A stretch of DNA of 64,000 nt from Reclinomonas americana ATCC 50394 (taxonomy: Eukaryota), in assembly GCA_048213135.1 (NCBI GenBank), contig PS015010.1, forward strand, positions 310,001-374,000, read 5' to 3'. Below the pieces are notes generated by a model. It was not told the DNA's origin. It worked only from the letters and a program-made list of their open reading frames with translations, and did not search any database. Position 1 is the stretch's first letter; every line of letters starts with the position of its first letter. Shown here one piece after another: positions 59,799-64,000 of this stretch. The translations under genes were made by a program, and so were the position numbers.

Positions 59799-60719
59799 TT
59801 AGTGAAAATCCGAAAGGGTAGCGGTGAAAATACCCCTTTCCCTTTTTTTGAAAACGGCCTTCCAGTTGCCGTTATAACGAATAAGCGCGGGAACGGTCAG
59901 GTTGCCGAACCTCGTCATTTCCACTTCCATACTCACTTTAAAATCATATACACCGGCATCATAACTTAAGGAATAAGTCCTGGCCATTACCTCAAAGGTT
60001 TTATCATCGAACCAGGTGGTCATGGCGTCTATCACCACGCCATCGCGGCTTTCAGGCTTTACGGTTTGACGGAACACAATGCAGCTGGTATTGTTGTATA
60101 CTTCCATGTCTATGTTCATGTCGTATTTATCTGCCATGTCCTCATCAAATATGGCGGTCTTATTACTCATGAAAGGCAGGCCGCTGATGCGTTTCCCCGG
60201 ATTGAAGAACAGCATTTTCAATTGTTCTTTATTCTTCTCCATACCCGATTTGCCCGAGGTACTGAACTCCCGTCCCGCTACAATATTGTCTTCACCACAA
60301 ACAGAGTCGCGGGTAAAGAACAGCGAAGCGTATAACTGCGCCGTATAATAATTGAATTCATGGTCATCGTCATAGATATCGCCGGTCACCTGTTCTTCCA
60401 TGGTTTCCATCCTGCGGCAATTGACCGTTCTTATTTGCCGGGTGCGGCTGTGCAGGGTGGCTTTGGGCTCGCCGTCGCTGTTGTTCATCCGGATGTCATT
60501 GATGGCGGTAAAGTTCAGGATGCGCAGGTTACGGAAAGCCTTGTAGAAGGAGGTATCGTTCTTCACCCTTTCAATGAAAGCAGGAACATTCAGCCTGTTA
60601 TTCACCACTACTTCGCTGAGGGTGACGGAACGGGGGCCGATATTGACCACGGTATCTTTCCGTTGTGCGGTGGCAACGATGGAGGAGGCGATGAGTATGA
60701 TGAACAGGAATGGTTTCAT
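59799..60719 (-). CDS. Secreted hypothetical protein
   Basis: Signal peptide and an intact ~306-aa ORF co-oriented with its neighbours. Confidence 0.75.
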   Translation of the reverse strand: MKPFLFIILIASSIVATAQRKDTVVNIGPRSVTLSEVVVNNRLNVPAFIERVKNDTSFYKAFRNLRILNFTAINDIRMNNSDGEPKATLHSRTRQIRTVNCRRMETMEEQVTGDIYDDDHEFNYYTAQLYASLFFTRDSVCGEDNIVAGREFSTSGKSGMEKNKEQLKMLFFNPGKRISGLPFMSNKTAIFDEDMADKYDMNIDMEVYNNTSCIVFRQTVKPESRDGVVIDAMTTWFDDKTFEVMARTYSLSYDAGVYDFKVSMEVEMTRFGNLTVPALIRYNGNWKAVFKKRERGIFTATLSDFH

Positions 60720-60792
60720 TACAATCAAAAGTCAAAATTAAAAAGTTAAAAGCAGGCTTCTGCTTTCCCGTGGGATCATTTTAACTTTTTGA

Positions 60793-62064
60793 TCAGATGA
60801 ACGAGAGCAGCGGGAATTCCCTTTGCAACACTTTTTTTACATCCGCAGGTGCAACACCCAGCCAGTTCTGCAGTACGGATGCGTATACCGACCTGAAGTC
60901 GAACTGCATAGGTATATTGTCCTCTGTAGTGGCTTTTTCGGGGATCAGCGGATCTTTTCCCAGTATGCCCGCTTTTACTTTACTGCCGAATACGAAAAGC
61001 GGGGCGGCTGCGCCGTGGTCGGTTCCCAGGCTGTCGTTGGCGGCAATGCGGCGACCGAATTCTGAGAAGGTCATGCCCATCACCCGGTCCTGTACGCCAA
61101 GAAATTCAAGGTCGTTCTGGAAAGCCTGTATCGCGTCGCCCACTGTTTTCAGCAGGTCGGCATGACGACCGGTGGAGCTGTCATTGCTGTTCGCCTGCTG
61201 GGCGTGGGTGTCGAAACCTTCATAAGTCACGAGGTATACCCTGGTCTGTAAACCGCTTTTGATCAGTCTCGCGACCGTTTTCAGATCGGCGGCCAGCGGA
61301 TTGGGTTCAGGGTATACAGATTGCCGGGTAACAGACAATGCTGCTTGTCGTATTACCTCGCCATATGAAGCCGATTGGCGAGATATCATATCCACAAACG
61401 ACAAGGCATCGCCGCTTTTGCCTGTCATTGACACATCGGCAAAGCCCTGCGTAAGGTTGATCTTTTGATCGGGATTGATTACATTAACTGACATGGGAGA
61501 CTTCTCACCCTGGAAAGCGAAAGCGGTAGTAGTGCCGATCTGTATAGCCAGCGGATCAGGGGCCAGCGGCTGCGGGTATCCTTGCGGGTAACCCGGGTAC
61601 AACTGGTTCAGGTACCTGCCCATCCAGCCCGTATCTATTAATTTGTCCGGATCGGAAGCCGACATCCATATATCGGAAGAACGGAAATGAGAAAAATTAG
61701 GCGCCGGGTAGCCCACGGATTGTATAACCGATAATTTCCCTTTATCATATAAGTCCTGTAAACCCTGCAGGGAGGGGTGGAGGCCGCATGTGGCGATCCC
61801 GGATAAGGGTAACACTTTTGTTTTACTGATCGCTAGTTTTTGCCTGGCTTTAAAATAGGAATCGTACTGTAAAAGCGGGACGATGGTGTTCAGCCCGTCG
61901 TTGCCACCAAACAGTTGCACCAGTACCAGTATATTATCACTGGAAGTATTACGGGTCAGTTGATCCAGCAACAGGCGGTTGCCCAACGCCTTCGGCAACA
62001 TCCCGCTGATAAAAACGGGGAGCGCCAGCGCCGAACCATTTTGTATGAATTTTCTTCTGTTCAT
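60793..62064 (-). CDS. DUF1501-family protein with Tat signal
   Basis: MNRRKF leader; GGNDGLN, SHFRS, GFDTH, SEFGRR, GTDHG and DFRSVY motifs. Confidence 0.92.
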   Translation of the reverse strand: MNRRKFIQNGSALALPVFISGMLPKALGNRLLLDQLTRNTSSDNILVLVQLFGGNDGLNTIVPLLQYDSYFKARQKLAISKTKVLPLSGIATCGLHPSLQGLQDLYDKGKLSVIQSVGYPAPNFSHFRSSDIWMSASDPDKLIDTGWMGRYLNQLYPGYPQGYPQPLAPDPLAIQIGTTTAFAFQGEKSPMSVNVINPDQKINLTQGFADVSMTGKSGDALSFVDMISRQSASYGEVIRQAALSVTRQSVYPEPNPLAADLKTVARLIKSGLQTRVYLVTYEGFDTHAQQANSNDSSTGRHADLLKTVGDAIQAFQNDLEFLGVQDRVMGMTFSEFGRRIAANDSLGTDHGAAAPLFVFGSKVKAGILGKDPLIPEKATTEDNIPMQFDFRSVYASVLQNWLGVAPADVKKVLQREFPLLSFI

Positions 62065-62065
62065 A

Positions 62066-63679
62066 TCAGGTCAGTTGATATTCCGGTGCATTTACAAGGC
62101 GCCGGAATAATTGGCGAAGCCGTGTTTCAACAATAAATTTTTTTTCTGCGTCTTCCGGTGATTGTATAAAATCTTTCCAGGCATTGGTCCAGTAATAATC
62201 CTGCTCCTGGCCGGTCAGCAATGTGTCTTTTTTGAGTCGCTGCAGGGCCGCGAATGATACCGGTACGGAGTACAGGAGGTTGATGGAATCCTGTATCAGC
62301 ATACCCGGGTCGGCAGGATCATGTAACGACTTTGCAAAATCAATAACATCGATGCTGAACAATCTCCCTTCCCTGTTATACCCGTAATCGATCATAGTAG
62401 CGCTGAATTCATTTCTTTTGGGATAAGTACTGGTATTGATCCATAGCCTGTAAAACGCCGGTGACTGGTAATAAGCGGGCCAGCCCGATACGTTGGGTGG
62501 CGATGAATAATTCTGGCCAAGCACCACGCAATACTCACCAACCAATTGCCACATACTATAATTATGGAGAAAAGAAGCCGGAGGGGCCATCTGCATATTA
62601 AATTCCCTTAAGAAACCAATACAAAAATCGAACGGACTTTTGATCTGACCGCCGATGATTGTTTCTTCAAAAAAATGCCGGCTGCATAGTAATGTCTTCA
62701 GCACAGGTTTGACCTCGAAATTATTTTTCCTGAGTATGGCGGCAAGAGGCTCTATTATATTTTTTTCTACAGAAGTATTGATATCAGAGTGTACAAACCA
62801 GCGATACAGCTTGCGGCACAGAAAGAGCGAAGTTTCGGGATGACTGAATATCATATCCAGCAGCTCATTCAATTCCTCGTCTCCGGCATTGGGGCCGGTT
62901 TTGCCTTTTATTGTTTTTCTGTTGTAAAAATTGGAAAATACTTTATCAGAAAGATCGTGGTCCCCGGGTACAAAATAGCTTTGCCCGGTCTCGAGGTTAA
63001 CTTTCCAGCCTGTAAGCACCCGTGCGGCTTGTTTTACGTCATCTTCAGTAAAAGCCGCATTAGGACCTTTACCTATGCAGAACAGTTCCTGCAACTCCCT
63101 TGCATAATTTTCATTGGGTGCTGTTTTGGTATTGAGCTCACCATTGAGGTACCGTAGCATATGGGGATCCAGTGTAATGGCTTTTGCGAGTGTTTTGATA
63201 TTGCCTAAAGCATTCCTGCGCACAAGATCGTGTTTGTTCCATACGAGGTTCATTCTTCCGATAACGCCTTCTGTGGCAAAATGATTGTGCCAGAATAAAG
63301 TCATTTTTTCCAGGATGGTGCTGTCTTGTGTAACAAGACTTTCCACGATCCATCTACCCAGTGAACCTCCTCTTTGTTCATCATCTCCCTGGTTGATATA
63401 TGGCGTATTGATCCATGTTTTACCAAAAGGTACCTGGGAATTCAGCGAATCGTAATCATTCAGGGGAAAGGAATCGAGCGCAGCATTGGCATTCAATAGG
63501 GTATCGACCGACTTTTTAACATCCAATGCCAGGAATCGGCTGATCTCTCTTTTTTTTACACCAAAAAGCGCCCGTTTAAGGAGATGGGTCACCTGCCGGG
63601 TTGTCCATTTTCCCGTGTAAGGCGCCAAGGGAGATTGCTCATTTACAGCAGTTCCGGTATGTTGTTCTTCTGGTGGCAT
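62066..63679 (-). CDS. DUF1800-family protein
   Basis: HLLKR..FG, EKMTLFWHNHF, PNENYARE..ELF, LTGW and PPNVSGW motifs. Confidence 0.92.
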   Translation of the reverse strand: MPPEEQHTGTAVNEQSPLAPYTGKWTTRQVTHLLKRALFGVKKREISRFLALDVKKSVDTLLNANAALDSFPLNDYDSLNSQVPFGKTWINTPYINQGDDEQRGGSLGRWIVESLVTQDSTILEKMTLFWHNHFATEGVIGRMNLVWNKHDLVRRNALGNIKTLAKAITLDPHMLRYLNGELNTKTAPNENYARELQELFCIGKGPNAAFTEDDVKQAARVLTGWKVNLETGQSYFVPGDHDLSDKVFSNFYNRKTIKGKTGPNAGDEELNELLDMIFSHPETSLFLCRKLYRWFVHSDINTSVEKNIIEPLAAILRKNNFEVKPVLKTLLCSRHFFEETIIGGQIKSPFDFCIGFLREFNMQMAPPASFLHNYSMWQLVGEYCVVLGQNYSSPPNVSGWPAYYQSPAFYRLWINTSTYPKRNEFSATMIDYGYNREGRLFSIDVIDFAKSLHDPADPGMLIQDSINLLYSVPVSFAALQRLKKDTLLTGQEQDYYWTNAWKDFIQSPEDAEKKFIVETRLRQLFRRLVNAPEYQLT

Positions 63680-63729
63680 AAGTGTTGTATGCTGAAATTA
63701 AAGATACGCAATAGGGAGGTGATAAAAAT

Positions 63730-63759
63730 AAAAAAGCTGTCACACGAAGTGACAGCTTT
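63730..63759 (-). terminator. Intrinsic terminator
   Basis: On the minus strand AAAGCTGTCAC-TTCGT-GTGACAGCTTTTTT. Confidence 0.88.
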
Positions 63760-63780
63760 GGTTGGTTATTTGTGTTAAGA

Positions 63781-63999
63781 TTAATTGTCCTTACGGGGTT
63801 TCTCAACACCCTGGGTGGAAACCGCAGGCACTTTAGCTTCAGAAGCCAGTACAGGTTTTACTGCGGCTTCGGTGCCTTGTGTAGCAATGGCTGCCTGGGC
63901 TTTTTCTGTGGAAGCGGTTGGCGCCTCGGCAGGTTCAGTTTTAATAACAGGAGCAGCTACCGGTTTGCTTACAGGCATGCTGGAAGCAGTCTGTACTTC
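63781..63999 (-). CDS. C-terminal part of an Ala/Pro/Thr-rich protein (start outside window)
   Basis: Frame is open to the window edge and followed by a terminator. Confidence 0.6.
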   Translation of the reverse strand, partial: EVQTASSMPVSKPVAAPVIKTEPAEAPTASTEKAQAAIATQGTEAAVKPVLASEAKVPAVSTQGVEKPRKDN

Positions 64000-64000
64000 T

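Overview
Gene-dense chromosomal window from a Bacteroidota genome, probably Chitinophagaceae. The basis is TAnnTTTG-type promoters, a T9SS-cargo-like protein, an XRE-S24 LexA-like regulator, a folK/deoxynucleoside kinase pair and a stand-alone gcvP. It holds about 60 CDS, mostly housekeeping, transport and envelope genes (lpxB, surE, ssb, GH92, mntH, glgP, fabH-like, gcvP, folK, anmK, queG, clpB). I saw no rRNA, tRNA, CRISPR, integrase, transposase or phage genes. The most striking unexplained structure is non-coding: two tandem arrays of a ~128-bp modular repeat bracket the GH92 gene in mirror orientation, with a perfect 77-bp and an 87/91-bp inverted match about 3.1-3.4 kb apart. Many other spacers carry 'inverted microsatellite' hairpins built from different 7- or 8-mers. 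Protein-level oddities are a msrB split at an A9 tract, a glucan phosphorylase lacking the PLP-binding Lys, a DsbA-fold protein with NxxC after clpB, a transglutaminase-like protein lacking the catalytic Cys, and a DUF3472-FKBP fusion. All family assignments come from motif recognition by eye; no database searches were run.
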